Shown piece after piece: positions 1 to 16,729 of a DNA stretch of 64,000 bases. The stretch is taken from the NCBI RefSeq assembly GCF_009914755.1, contig NC_060934.1, one strand, 5' to 3'. Source of the DNA: the human T2T-CHM13v2.0 reference genome, Homo sapiens. The notes below the pieces were generated by a model. It was not told the origin of the DNA. It did no database searches and worked only from the letters and a program-made list of their open reading frames with translations. Numbering within the stretch: the first letter of the stretch is position 1; every line of letters begins with the position of its first letter. A program made the translations under genes and the position numbers.

Positions 1-1500
1 TCCTAATGACATGATGCTCTGCTCTCATAAAAGGTCCATCTTTTTCTGGCATCTCAGTGAGAATGACAGGTCATTTTCTAGAACATTCTGCTGGTTTCTG
101 TGGAAAGCGGCGGATGTTAGCCCTTCCTCTGCATCTTCCATGTGGTCCTTGCTCTCTGGTTTGCAGCATTTTCCTCCGGTGGCTGCTTTATTTGTTTTTC
201 TGTGAAGCTTCATTCTGGGGACCCCATCTGAGCTGGCATCTACAGGCACCCGGCTGTCAGACCATCTGCTGGAGCCAGCATGTTGGGCACAGCCAGTTCA
301 ATTCCTGGGGCTGCCTCTTTTTCACCTGGGTCTCAGCTATGCCTCGGTCACTTCTGGCCCCTCCAGGCTCCTCAGGGTCCCTGCCTGACAGGGCTGCATC
401 CCCCGGGTGGGGCGGGGCACTCGTGGCTCCTGCTGTCCCACGTGTGGGCAGGTGGACAGGCAGGCCGTGGAGCCCTGCTCAGCTCTGGGCCACCCACATG
501 GCCTGCATTTTGTGCCTATGCTGCTGCTTTGCCCAAGGTCCTGTGCATACGTCCAGGGTACAAACTTTGATTGTTTTGGGAAACCAGATGGGACTGTTCA
601 TATCTGAGGGGCAGAAGCTATTTTAAAGAAGAATTAGAACAGTAATTTCTAGACATAGGTAGAAGATTTCTTTTGATAGACTTACAAAAATACTATATTG
701 CTAATATCTTTGAGAGAATGAGATATAAAGTATGTTACATGTTATTAAAATTTGAGTCCAAAAAATTAGAAAGAAAAAACCATCTGTAATCCCAACACCC
801 AGAGATAAAGCCATCGTGAATGCGTAACATATGTGAAATTAATGCTGAGTAACCAGCCCTGCCACAGGCAGCAGCAGCAAGGTGTGTGGCTCCGACCTCT
901 GTGGTCATTGCCTTTGGCTGTGCTCAGCTGCTGGTTCTCCGTCCCAGCCGGGCTCCCTTAGTGCCTTCAGTCACTTGATGGTTAGGTGGAGCCTTGCTTC
1001 GGGGCCCTGGCTGAAGGCAGGAGTAGTGGAGGCTCTGTTCTGTCATGATCCAGCCTTGGTTCCAAAAATGATAGCAGTGTCAGCCTAGGAACAGGCACAG
1101 AGTCTCAGACCCTATTCCTTGACCCAAGTCCCAAGCCAGCCGCGATTCAAGGACTGGGGCCCAGACTCAGTGAGAGGGTGTGGAAACAGGCAGGGGATAC
1201 TTATGGACACTTTTGTATTCTATTACAGTGTATTTCTTTCCAGTATTCTTTCTAAGCTTATTTTAATTAGATATGATCCTATCAGATGCAATTCATACCC
1301 AATGTTCTCCAAGTATCCTGGTATAGGTATTTTAAAAGCGTTATTACAGTGCTCCATGGCACAGCTTTAAAGGATTGTCTAACATGCCATTAGGTGACCA
1401 TATTAGTCTTTTGGACTTTACACTGCTCCAAGGGTAACATTGAACATATTTGGGCACTGATCCCTCAGGACCAAAGCTATCTCTGAACATGGGTCTGAGG

Positions 1501-1531
1501 TACACACACACACACAGACACACACACACAC
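1501..1531. repeat. (CA)n microsatellite
   Basis: tacacacacacacacagacacacacacacac. Confidence 0.9.
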
Positions 1532-1534
1532 TTA

Positions 1535-3253
<1,719 letters not shown>

Positions 3254-3256
3254 TGA

Positions 3257-3904
<648 letters not shown>

Positions 3905-4039
3905 TGAGTGTCACTTCGGTGGGCAGGAGAGCTCGCCCAGGTGTTAGTGGGTTGGTTTCCACCCTGGGATTTTTCTGGGATAGGCTGATTTGCTGTGGAG
4001 GCCTGTTTGGGACATGCACTCCCTGGGGTTTCCCCCTAA

Positions 4040-4852
<813 letters not shown>

Positions 4853-5437
4853 TAAAAGGGACTTATGAAGACAAGCCATGTCCATGCCTTGGATGGCCTC
4901 TAGCTGAGACGGTGGATGCCCATATTATCATCCCTCACAACTAGAACTTATATACCTCAGGGGAAGGGGACATGTAGGACAATTGCTTAAGGGCAGGATT
5001 TACAGTGAATGCATGCTCTTATGCAAGGAACAGTAGATAAAATAGAAATCTTAGAGGCCTTCCCGGAACTGGAGTTGGTCAGAAGTCAACACGGTGGATC
5101 AGCATTCAGGGCAGAGTTGCTTCAGCCTGCAGGCTGATCTCACTTAGGGCTCATTTTATTGGCCAGAGAGAGTGGCAGACATCTGCATCAGCCTCCAGCC
5201 CTCAAGACTGAGCTCAACCCTAGAAGGTTCCCCCAGGCAGCACATTGGGGCCCACTGGGAAGCATCATGTGGTTTGCTGGCAAGGGACGGTGGCCAGGGA
5301 TGGGAGGGCACTGGGAGTCTGGCTATGTTGCCGTGGTCCCTCCATCCCAGCCCACAGCATCCTGCCTCTTTGCTGCCTGGCTGGGGTTCCTGCCTGGAGT
5401 TGCTGTCCTCCCTTGCCTGTGGCCACATCCACACTGA

Positions 5438-5707
<270 letters not shown>

Positions 5708-6092
5708 TGACCACAGGAGCCTGGCTTCAGAAGGCTGCTGACCACAGGGCTCATGGATGCAAAGGGACTCGTGGGCAGGGGAGAGCAGGGCCACACCCAT
5801 GAGGGCAGAGTCAGTGGCTGGAGTCCCCATCGGAGAGGCCTGCCCTGTGGTGGGAGAAGAGGGCTGGTCGGGTGTGCTGGGAGCCGCGGGTCTGGCAGGG
5901 GCATATGCTGCAGCTCACTCAGCCTCAGTTTCATCACCTGTGGGAGCTGTGCTGCTGTCACAGGCTGCTTGGGGTGCTTCAATGTCAGGATGCCTTGAAC
6001 ATTGCCAGGTGCTTTCTGGTTGACATGTTTATGCGTTCCTGTCTTACGGGCTTTGCCAAATGTGCTCTGGGGACAACTTGCACGTGTGCTGA

Positions 6093-6242
<150 letters not shown>

Positions 6243-7237
6243 AGCAACCTGAGGATGAGATACACCAGCTGGCTGTCGAAATCACAGCTCTTCATTTTCT
6301 TGTACAATTGTAGTGGATTTCGTGAGAACACCTTGGATGCCTTTCTCTTGCAATGTCCTCCATGTCCATGTAAAATCCAGTCCTTCCAGGCCCTGCCTGG
6401 CTCTAAACCTCATCCCCTTCGAGGGCCATCTGCTGTGGACAGTTGTGCTGTGTAACCTTCAGATTTCCCACACATTACAGCAAATGCAAATACACATAGA
6501 AATCAGTGGTTCCATTTGTGGTTTAGAGACACATGGTGCCATCTTCATCTTCCGCTCCACAGCTCGCTTCTGGCACCCAGCAGTGGGTTGCAGAGCTCCC
6601 CATGCCAGAACCTTCCTCTTTTTTCTTAAAAACTCTTCTTAATTGAATCCAAAGTATCTTTTAAATGTTCTACTTGTGTAATCATGTCATCTGTGAATAT
6701 TCAGATTTATCTTCTCCTTCCAATCCGTGTACATTTAATCTCTTTTTCTGTGCCTTATTTCGGGGGCTGGGACCCTTCAGTCCAGTGTTGAAGAGAGGCA
6801 GCCAGTGGAGGTCTTGTCTCATTCAAGGACTCAGAGCAAATGTGTTCCACATTTAATTTCACTATGAAATATAATATTTGATGTTCAGTTTTGTAGATGC
6901 TATTTATCAGATCAAGGAAAGCCCAGTCTATACCTAATTTGTTAAGGGTTTTGCTTTTTATCATAAGTGTTGACTTTTATCAAATTCTTTTTTGTATCTA
7001 TTAAGATGATAGATGATTGATTTTCATATGTTAAATTAACCATGGGTTAAACAAACTTACCTTTATCATGATATATTATTCTTTTTGTATTTCACAGGAA
7101 TTAGTTTGGTAATATGTTGGGTCAATGTTTAAAAAAGAAAATGATGTGTAATTTTTTTCTTTTATTGTAGTATTTCTGTTTAATTTTTGGTATGAGGATT
7201 ATTCAGGTCTCATAAGAGTTAGGAGTATATTCTCTTT

Positions 7238-8030
7238 TAAAAAATATTTGCTAATTTACACTCCCACCAACAGTGTAAAAGTGTTCTTATTTCTCCACAT
7301 CCTCTCCAGCATCTGTTGTTTCCTGACTTTTTAATAATCGCCATTCTAACTGGCATGAGATGATATCTCATTGTGGTTTTGATTTGCATTTCTCTAATGA
7401 CCAGTGATGATGAACTTTTTTTCATATGTTTGTTGGCTGCATAAATGTCTTCTTTTGAGAAGTGTCTGTTCATATCCTTCACCCACTTTTTGATGGGGTT
7501 GTTTGCTTTTACCTTGTAAATTTGTTTAAGTTCCTTGTAGATGCTGGACATTAGCCCTTTGTCAGATGGATAGATTGCAAAAATTTTCTCCCATCCCGTA
7601 GGTTGCCTGTTCACTCTGATGACCTATCAATGATAGACTGGATAAAGAAAATGTGGCACATATACACCATGGAATATTATGCAGCCAGAAAAAAGGATGA
7701 ATTCATGTCCTTTGCAGGGACGTGGATGAAGCTGGAAAACATCGTTCTCAGCAAACTAACACTGGAACAGAAAACCAAACACTGCATGTTCTCACTCATA
7801 AGTGGGAGTTGAACAATGAGAACACATGGACACGGGGAGGGGAACATCACACACTGGGGCCTGTCAGGGGGTGGGGGGCTAGGGAAGGGATAGCATGAGG
7901 AGAAACACCTAAGGTAGATGACGGGTTGATGGGTGCAGCAAACCACCACGACACGTGTATACCTATGTAACAAACCTGCACATTCTGCACAGGTACCCCA
8001 GAACTTAAAGAATAATTTAAAAAAATTTGC
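7238..8030 (+). mobile_element. 5'-truncated, 5'-inverted L1PA (roughly PA7-like) inserted in an older L1M
   Basis: ORF2 piece on minus strand (7237-7614, [11 protein letters not shown]...) abuts the ORF2 C-terminus and 3'UTR on plus strand (7625-8025); flanks aaaaaatatttgc / aaaaaaatttgc resemble a TSD. Confidence 0.85.
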
Positions 8031-8363
8031 AAGAGTTTATGTAGCATTGGTTTTATTTCTTCTTAAATGTTGGAAGAACTCACTAGTAAAGCTCTCTAGG
8101 CTTGGAGTTTCCTCTTTAGTGAGGTTTTTTTTTTCCAGATTTAATTTTTTAAAATAAATAGTTGAAGTATTCAGATTCTCTATTTCCTATTAGATCTGCT
8201 TTGTTCAGTCCTTTTAAAAAATGAATTGGTACATTTAATCTAAATTTTCAAGTTTTTCCATATAAATTTGTTAATAGTATCTTTCTACTAGCCTTAATGT
8301 CTACAAAATCTGTAGTCATGTGCATTTTTCAATCCTGATAGTGGCAATTTGTGTCTTCTCTCC

Positions 8364-8490
8364 TTTTTTTTTTTTTTTTTCGAGACCAAGGTCTCACTGT
8401 GTTGCCCACACCAGACTCAAACTCCTGGGCTCTAGCGATCCTCCCTCACAGCCCCCCGCACAGCTGGGACTCTGGGCACTCTGCTGTTCT
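8364..8490 (-). mobile_element. Alu monomer fragment (FLAM/AluJ-like)
   Basis: Poly-T then gagaccaaggtctcactgtgttgccca...ctcaaactcctgggctc. Confidence 0.7.
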
Positions 8491-10144
8491 TGACCGGTGC
8501 TGCTGGCGGCTTCATCTCATTAGTCTTTCCAAGGCACGTGGAGCTTGTGCCTTTGGTTTTCTTGATTTTTCTTGGTGAACATCTGCCTTCTAATTCGTTT
8601 ATTTCTGTTCTCATCTTTGTGATTTCCTTCTGCTTATTCTAGCTTTTTTATATGGACATTCAGATTGTTGATATTCAGCATTTTTTCTTTTTTAATGCAT
8701 ATATTTTAGGTTATAACTTTCCCTTTTAGCATGGCTTTGGCTGCATTCCAAGAGTTTTGATATGTTGTGATTTTGTTTTAATAGGTTTATGGGGGTATAA
8801 TTAGCATATAATAAACTTCACATATTTAAAGAATACATTGCAATAAGTTTTGACATGCACGTACACCCCTGAAAGGATCGCAGCGTCTATGAGAATGGAC
8901 GCATCCATCGCCCCCAACGTTTTTCATGTATGTTTGAACATCTGTCCTGTCCCTTCCTGTGTCCTGCCCCTCAGGTGATAAAGTTCAGCTTTCTGACACT
9001 GTAGACTAGTTTGCACTATTTTAATTTTATGTAAATGGATTATATAGTATGTACTCTTTTTTCGGGGATGAGAGTCTGGCTTTTTTCGCTCAGCACAATT
9101 ACTTGCGATTCATCCATGTGGTGAGAAACCATAGTTCATTTCTTCCTCTTGGCAAATAGCGCTCCATTGTGCTGTTTACCTGTTCACTTGATGGACATTT
9201 GCATTGCTTAAAGCTTCCAGCTATTGCAAAAAAAGCTGCTACAAATATTCATGTACCAGTCGTCATATGGACTCGTGCTTTCATTTCTCTTGGCTACCTA
9301 GGAATGGAACGATTGTAAGGTACGTGCAAGTTTAACATTCTACCAACCTTTCTGGAGTGGCTGCATCATGTTACATCTCCCCAGTAATCTCTGAGTGTTC
9401 TGCTTCCTCCACAAGGTTCCAACACTCGGTTGATAACGTTTGACATTCTAACAGGTATATGGTGCTGTGTCCTTGTGGTTTTAATTTGCATTTACCTAAG
9501 GACTAATGATATTGAACACCTTTTCATGTGTTTATTTGCCATCTGTATATGTACTCTGTTGAAGTGTCTGTTCAACATTTTTGCTCATGCTTTATTGGGT
9601 TGTTTGAGTTTTGAGCATTCTCATGAGCTCCCCTGGGGTGGTCCTTTCCAACTGTGGCCCTGGTACTGAGGGGTCCTCCCCACAGCAGGAACACAGGAAG
9701 AAAGTGTTCAATCAAGTCCTGCAGGATGGCCTCAGCCAGGTCCAGATGTGGGCTTGGGGGCCAGGCCACACTAAGCACCTTCCTCCCTCTGGGCTGTCTC
9801 CCCACAAGACTCACAGAGCTGAGCCAGGTGTCCCATTGGGCACACAGGGGACCCCACCCTGACAGCGGCCCCCATTGTACTTTGGGCCATTGCTGATCTT
9901 TGCTCTTGGTGGGCTGGCGGCTCAGATGTTGCCCAAGAGGCTGTGGGGCAGGAGCAAAGTCTGGGAGACTGGGAGGCTCTGGCTCTTAGGAAGTATCAAA
10001 GGCACCCAGGCCTGTGGGAAGAGGTGTCCTGGAGAGGAAAATGGCAGAGGGAGGTGTGTCTGCCCCAGCCGTGTGGGGCTGGAGAGTTGGGGAGAGAATG
10101 CATTTGGTATGACAATTCAGTGTTAAGAGTCCACGTGCCAGCAG

Positions 10145-10350
10145 AGCAGCCCCCAGCCTTGGCGCTACTGACCTTGGGGCTGGGTTGTTCTCTGCGTGGG
10201 GCCATCCTGTGCATCACAGGTGCTGAGCAGCATCCCTGGCCTCCACCCACCAGGCACCAGTGGCAGCCCCCTTCCAGTTGTGACAATAAAAAAATGTCTC
10301 CAGACGTCACCAAATGTTTCCTGGGGGCAAAATCAGCACAGTTGGAACTT
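10145..10350 (-). mobile_element. MER20-like DNA transposon relic
   Basis: agcagcatccctggcctc...ccagttgtgacaa..aatgtctccagac..ggggcaaaatc matches the recalled MER20 antisense consensus. Confidence 0.7.
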
Positions 10351-10579
10351 CTGGGTTAGCAGCAGATTGGATAGGATGATGGTGAGTGACTGCCTAAACC
10401 ATCACCAGCCTGTGTGAGCTGACAAAGGAGGGCTCCTTACTTATGAGTTTATTTGTGTAAAGTCTTAAAAAATTAAAGATATTAGCTTAGTAATTATACA
10501 CATAATGAATTAACTTTACTGAAAAGAATAGTATGTAGAAAAAATGAGAATTTTAGCAAAATTATTAGACGGTGATGAA

Positions 10580-11400
10580 TGTGGTGTCTCCCTCCTGAGA
10601 TCTGGTTGTTGAGTGCGGCGTCTCCCTCCTGAGATCTAGTCGTTGAGTGCGGCGTCTCCCTCCTGAGGTCTGGTCAGTTGAGTGTGGCATCTCCCTCCTG
10701 AGATCTGGTCAGTTGAAAGTGTGGCGTCTCCGTCCTGAGATCTGGTCATTGAGTGTGGCGTCTCCCTCCTGAGATCTGGTCAGTTGAGTGTGGCGTCTCC
10801 CTCCTGAGGTCTGGTCAGTTGAGTGTGGCGTCTCCCTCCTGAGGTCTGGTCAGTTGAGTGTGGCGTCTCCCTCCTGAGATCTGGTCAGTTGAGTGTGGCG
10901 TCTCCCTCCTGAGATCTGGTCAGTTGAGTGTGGCGTCTCCCTCCTGAGGTCTGGTCAGTTGAGTGTGGCGTCTCCCTCCTGAGATCTGGTCGTTGAGTGT
11001 GGCGTCTCCCTTCTGAGATCTGGTCAGTTGAAAGTGTGGCGTCTCCCTCCTGAGATCTGGTCAGTGGAAAGTGTGGCGTCTCCCTCCTGAGATCTGGTCA
11101 GTTGAAAGTGTGGCGTCTCCCTCCTGAGATCTGGTCAGTGGAAAGTGTGGCGTCTCCCTCCTGAGATCTGGTCGTTGAGTGTGGCGTCTCCCTCCTGAGA
11201 TCTGGTCGTTGAGTGTGGCGTCTCCCTCCTGAGATCTGGTCATTGAGTATGGTGTCTCCCTCCTGAGATCTGGTCAGTGGAAAGTGTGGCGTCTCCCTCC
11301 TGGGATGTAAGTTGTTGAGTGTGGCGTCTCCGTCCTGAGATGTGTTCAGTTGAGTGTGGCATCTCCCTCCTGAGATTTGGTCATTGAGTGTGGTGTCTCC
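10580..11400. repeat. About 34-37 bp minisatellite (about 24 copies)
   Basis: Unit tgtggcgtctccctcctgagatctggtcagttgag with variants (gtc gttgag / cagttgaaag / cagtggaaag). Confidence 0.95.
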
Positions 11401-11611
11401 CCCTCTTTCTTGTTCCTCTTTTGCCATGTGAGGCACCTGCTCCCCCTTCACCTTCCACCATGACTGGAAACTTCCTGAGGCCTCCCCAGAAGCAGATACC
11501 ACTCTCCTTCCTGTACAGCCTGCAGAACCATGAGCCAATTAAACCTTTTTTTCTTAAAAATTACAGAGTCTCAGGTATTTTTTTATAGCAGTGTGAGAAC
11601 AGATGAATACA
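11401..11611 (+). mobile_element. MaLR (MST-type) LTR 3' half
   Basis: ccttccaccatgactggaaacttcctgaggcctccccagaagcag...ccatgagccaattaaacc...ttatagcagtgtgagaacagatgaataca. Confidence 0.8.
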
Positions 11612-13970
11612 GAGACCCCTCCCAAGGGAACATCCTGTGTCTAATTGTTGGTGGGTGTCTCACCGACCCCAGAGTTGAAGAAGCTCCTTTGCTTAGCTTG
11701 TTTCCCATAGGCTGAGCACAGGGTCCCCCAGGGAGTGCCTGGTTGACGGTGGTCAGGTGGCTCAGACCTGCTGAGTCTTGCTGGGGATGGCCCTGCTGCC
11801 TGAGGATCCCAAAACGTTGGAAGATGAGGGACTCTCATTGGGCTTTGAGGATCCCCGTAGCCCTAGGACAATTCCAGGTATGTAGCAGGTGCTCCCACAT
11901 CTTACCACTTAGCTTGGATTTTGAGGTTTAAATGCTACAAATATGGTTACTTATTGTGGGCCATGAAATAACCTTAAATCAGTGTTGCAGTGACCTTTGA
12001 TACTGAATGTTTTTATAAATCAACATTATTTTTAAAGAAAAGTGGTGTGTTTGATTAGGAAAATCCGGCATAGCTGAAGGTTATAACACATTTGAATAAA
12101 TTAGAGGAAGTGTTCAAATCTTGGGTTGCTGAAATGCTATTACATATACTGTCATGGAAAATAGATAATCATTGGCCAGAGATTAAAAACATGTGCCGAT
12201 TGATTGAGTTGAAGGATGTTAGAAGGTTTGGAAAATTAAAGGGGCCAGTTGTCTTCCTGTGATGAAATTAAGAAGCACTTTAAATCAGCCATGGCCACGT
12301 CTCTGGTTCTTTTGCAATGACTGTTTTCTCCATGTCTTATTTTCTGCACTTGGTCTCTAAGATAAATTGCTAGGTTTCTCCTGAGCACAATTATCATCTC
12401 AGTTCTACCTGTGGGCACTTGCTGTGACCACCTACACTGCTTTACCAATCAGTTGTGGGCCTTTGGCCCAAACAAGGAAGTGAGTCAACCCCCATGGGCT
12501 CACAATGCCTCATCTACGTGGCCAGGCCTGCTGAGTGCAGAGTGGGGGTCTGGGCTTCAGCCTGCCAGAAGACTCTTAGTCTCCTCAGACCCTTTGGATG
12601 CTCCATCCTTGAAGTCAGGACAGTGTCTCCCTGGACACTGCAGGCCACCTCAGCGTCTGGATGGGCACATAAGAATTGTGATGAAAATATTTACCTTCCC
12701 GAGTTCACATCAACAGCCAGACATGCTGACAGTGTGCATCCCGGTGTGGTGTGATGAGAATGTCACGTGCCTCTGTGTCTTTCCGCCCCAAAACCCATAA
12801 CTTTCATCATGAGTAAAAAAATAATCAGGCGAATCCCAGTCAAGGGAATACCTGGAAGATACAAAATACCTGGCCAATATTCTCCAAAACTACCAAGTTC
12901 ATCAAAAGCAAGGAAAGTCTGAGAAAATGCTGCAGTCAAGAGAAGCCTAAGGAAACTCCTAACTGTGATGTGGACAGAAGGACGTTAGGGGAACACGGAG
13001 GAACTGGGAATCAGCCATGGATTGCAGTTGACAGTATAGGATCGATACTGGCACATTAATGTAACACATGCTAATGGGAGATGTCAGTAACGGGAAACTG
13101 GGTGGGGGCAAATTTAAAACTATTCTAAAAGATTAAGTCTATTTAAATAAAATTCCATCCTCCTGCAGGGAGGGTTGCACATGGCCCTTGTGTGCCCAGG
13201 GCAGAGGTGCTGGGGAGAAGCCACCAGCTCTGGAATTGATCTCCCCAGGTCCATCACCCAGAAGCCCTGCAGGTGCCCTGGCCTGTCTCTGCTCGAGCCT
13301 GGGGGCGGTTCCCATGGGGACCCCTTTCTACCTCCGAGTGGGGTAATTGCTCCCTGAGAGCCGCTCCTGGGGACACGTGGGCCTCTGTAGCAACCTCAGC
13401 ATCCACCCCGAGGGGACAGACTTCACTCAAAGGTCAGCATCAAACACAGGAGACACTGACTGGGAAGAGACGGGCGTCAGCCTTGAGGCACCATCATGTC
13501 CATGGACATGTGGGCTCCCATTTAGACAGGAGCTGGCCTAGCCACACTCCTCAGTGAGTGGCTGCAACCCTCCATGCCTTCCTTCCACATGGATGACCCA
13601 CCTAATTTTCCTTTCAATGTTTTTGAAAAGTCAGATCTGATTCTACCCTGCCCTGACCTACATTAATGTGGAAAAAATGTTGCTGAAATTGCTTTGCTGT
13701 TGTGTTGAGGGTTTCCGTTTGAAACTCTAAGTGCCTGGGAACCTCTGTGGGCCTGCACTGTGCCCTATCTGTGCCCTCGATCAGGTGAGCAAGAAGCCGG
13801 AGCCCCGTGGTTTGGCCTTTAAGGCAGATCAGGATCTGTAAGAGGGGCCTGGAAGCTTCCTGTGAATCTGGTGCAAGGCTCCACCTGCCCTTGGTTTCAC
13901 AGGCAAATGGGGCTCCTGTGATGGAGGATGGATTTCGGGCCTCAGACTGGGCAGCCAGGAGGTCTTTGGG

Positions 13971-14290
13971 ACTGCCTGAGCTGAGGGCTGCCTGGGCTGA
14001 GGACTGCCTGGGCTGAGGGACTGCCTGGGCTGGGGGGACTGCCTGGGCTGAGGGCTGCCTGGGCTGAGGGCTGCCTGGGCTGAGGACTGCCTGGGCTGGG
14101 GGGACTGCCTGGGCTGAGGGCTGCCTGGGCTGGGGGGACTGCCTGGGCTGAGGACTGCCTGGGCTGAGGGACTGCCTGGGCTGGGGGGACTGCCTGGGCT
14201 GAGGACTGCCTGGGCTGAGGACTGCCTGGGCTGAGGACTGCAGCTGAAGGCTGCCTGGGTTGAAGACTACCTGGGCTGGGTGCCTCCTGG
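13971..14290. repeat. G-rich 16-18 bp minisatellite
   Basis: Repeats of ctgcctgggctgagg(g)a / ctgcctgggctgggggga, about 18 copies. Confidence 0.92.
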
Positions 14291-15210
14291 GCTGGGAAGG
14301 AAGTGGGTTTGGCCTTGTTTCCTCTGATGTTGACTAAGCCACCTCTCCTTGCCCTGGGCTGGGCCTGTCCTGCCCGAGGAGGCTAGGTGGTCAGAGATGG
14401 GTGGTGGGAGAGGTATGTGAGGTTGGTTGAGTGGAGGCACTGGATTAGGGGCTGCACCGAGGCTGGGTCTGTGCCTTTCTTTGATGTATCCAGTCTCGGA
14501 CACAGCCTGACACCCCCTGATGGAACAAACCTCCCACCCAGACCAGGAACAGGAATGGCCAGTCCATGCCCGCTTCTGCATGGAGTCTGCCCTCCTGAGG
14601 GAGCGGCCTGGGGTGGCTGAGGTAGGGCCGCAGTCATGGTTTCTACTAAGGAGCTGTGGCCAGGTCAACCTACAGCTGAAATCTGACAGCTGAGGTCACC
14701 TGGCCAAAAGAGCTGGAGTCTGGCCTGGTGGTAGTTGGAGCCACTCACTGCCCTGATGTCCCCACATGCCTCCCTTTGGAGAGTGCCCCTCACAGCCTCT
14801 GCAAGTGAAACCTGTGCTGTCCTGACGCTAACTCTCCATAAAGCCCATGCCTGCTGGGTGGTTTTCCTTCTCCGCGACCCAGAATCTTGTGCCCAGGTCA
14901 CTGATGTGGTCTCCACCTGCCTCGGGGGCCAAACACACTTGCACACCACGAGCTTCTGTGTGCTGGAATAATGGAGGAAATGTTTAAAATCAAAGCAATG
15001 AGAGGCTCTTGCTGCATTTTTGTTATTTACTGTGATGCCAGCCCCGCTGCAGGCCGGCAGGGAGCACTGTCCTCGGGGGTGAGTGACGCTGGGCTTGTTG
15101 ACTCCCTCGCAGAGTGGAGGGTTAATGCTCTGATTCTCCCTGGGCGCAGGGACCCATGTTAACATCTTAATTATGTGCTTTCTGCAGCAAAGTTGCCAAC
15201 AGCAAACTTT

Positions 15211-16729
15211 CCCAGAGAGTCTCAGCAGGACAGCGAACAAGGGGACAGGTCCCAGAGAGTCTCAGCAGGACAGCGAGCAAGCGGACAGGTCGCAGAGAGA
15301 CTCAGCAGGACAGCGAGCAAGGGGACAGGTCCCAGAGAGTCTCAGCAGGACAGCGAGCAAGCGGACAGGTCCCAGAGAGTCTCAGCAGGACAGCGAGCAA
15401 GCGGACAGGTCCCAGAGAGTCTCAGCAGGACAGCGAGCAAGCGGACAGGTCCCAGAGAGTCTCAGCAGGACAGCGAGCAAGCGGACAGGTCCCAGAGAGT
15501 CTCAGCAGGACAGCGAGCAAGCCGACAGGTCCCAGAGAGTGTCAGCAGGACAGCGAGCAAGCGGACAGGTCCCAGAGAATCTCAGCAGGACAGCGAGCAA
15601 GCGGACAGGTCCCAGAGAGTGTCAGCAGGACAGCGAGCAAGCGGACAGGTCCCAGAGTCTCAGCAAGACAGCGAGCAAGGGGACAGGTCCCAGAGAGTCT
15701 CAGCAGGACAGCGAGCAAGCGGACAGGTCCCAGAGAGTCTCAGCAGGACAGCGAGCAAGCGGACAGGTCCCAGAGCGTCTCAGCAGGACAGCGAGCAAGG
15801 GGACAGGTCCCAGAGAGTCTCAGCAGGACAGCGAGCAAGGGGACAGGTCCCAGAGAGTCTCAGCAGGACAGCGAGCAAGCGGACAGGTCCCAGAGCGTCT
15901 CAGCAGGACAGCGAGCAAGCCGACAGGTCCCAGAGAGTCTCAGCAGGACAGCGAGCAAGGGGACAGGTCCCAGAGAGTCTCAGCAGGACAGCGAGCAAGC
16001 GGACAGGTCCCAGAGAGTGTCAGCAGGACAGCGAGCAAGCGGACAGGTCCCAGAGAGTGTCAGCAGGACAGCGAGCAAGGGGACAGGTCCCAGAGAGTCT
16101 CAGCAGGACAGCGAGCAAGGGGACAGGTCCCAGAGAGTCTCAGCAGGACAGCGAGCAAGCCGACAGGTCCCAGAGAGTCTCAGCAGGACAGCGAGCAAGC
16201 GGACAGGTCCCAGAGAGTCTCAGCAGGACGGCGAGCAAGAGGACAGGTCCCAGAGAGTCTCAGCAGGACAGCGAGCAAGGGGACAGGTCCCAGAGAGTCT
16301 CAGCAGGACAGCGAGCAAGGGGACAGGTCCCAGAGAGTCTCAGCAGGACAGCGAGCAAGAGGACAGGTCCCAGAGAGTCTCAGCAGGACAGCGAGCAAGC
16401 GGACAGGTCCCAGAGAGTGTCAGCAGGACAGCGAGCAAGCGGACAGGTCCCAGAGAGTGTCAGCAGGACAGCGAGCAAGCGGACAGGTCCCAGAGAGTCT
16501 CAGCAGGACGGCGAGCAAGCCGACAGGTCCCAGAGAGTCTCAGCAGGACAGCGAGCAAGGGGACAGGTCCCAGAGAGTGTCAGCAGGACAGCGAGCAAGC
16601 GGACAGGTCCCAGAGAGTCTCAGCAGGACAGCGAGCAAGCGGACAGGTCCCAGAGAGTCTCAGCAGGACAGCGAGCAAGGGGACAGGTCCCAGAGAGTCT
16701 CAGCAGGACGGCGAGCAAGGGGACAGGTC
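15211..16729. repeat. 40-bp VNTR, about 38 highly homogeneous copies
   Basis: Unit cccagagagtctcagcaggacagcgagcaagcggacaggt; one unit near 15651 lacks 2 bp. Confidence 0.98.

Noticed and set aside
11-626. Cluster of short ORFs at the window start as further SCART1 exons
   Set aside because: No SRCR motifs or convincing splice-bounded frame; treated as intron
15211-16729. Regular repeat arrays (also 10580-11400, 59258-59560, 60715-60996) as CRISPR-like arrays
   Set aside because: Units are head-to-tail with no unique spacers, there are no cas-like ORFs and the context is mammalian; these are VNTRs
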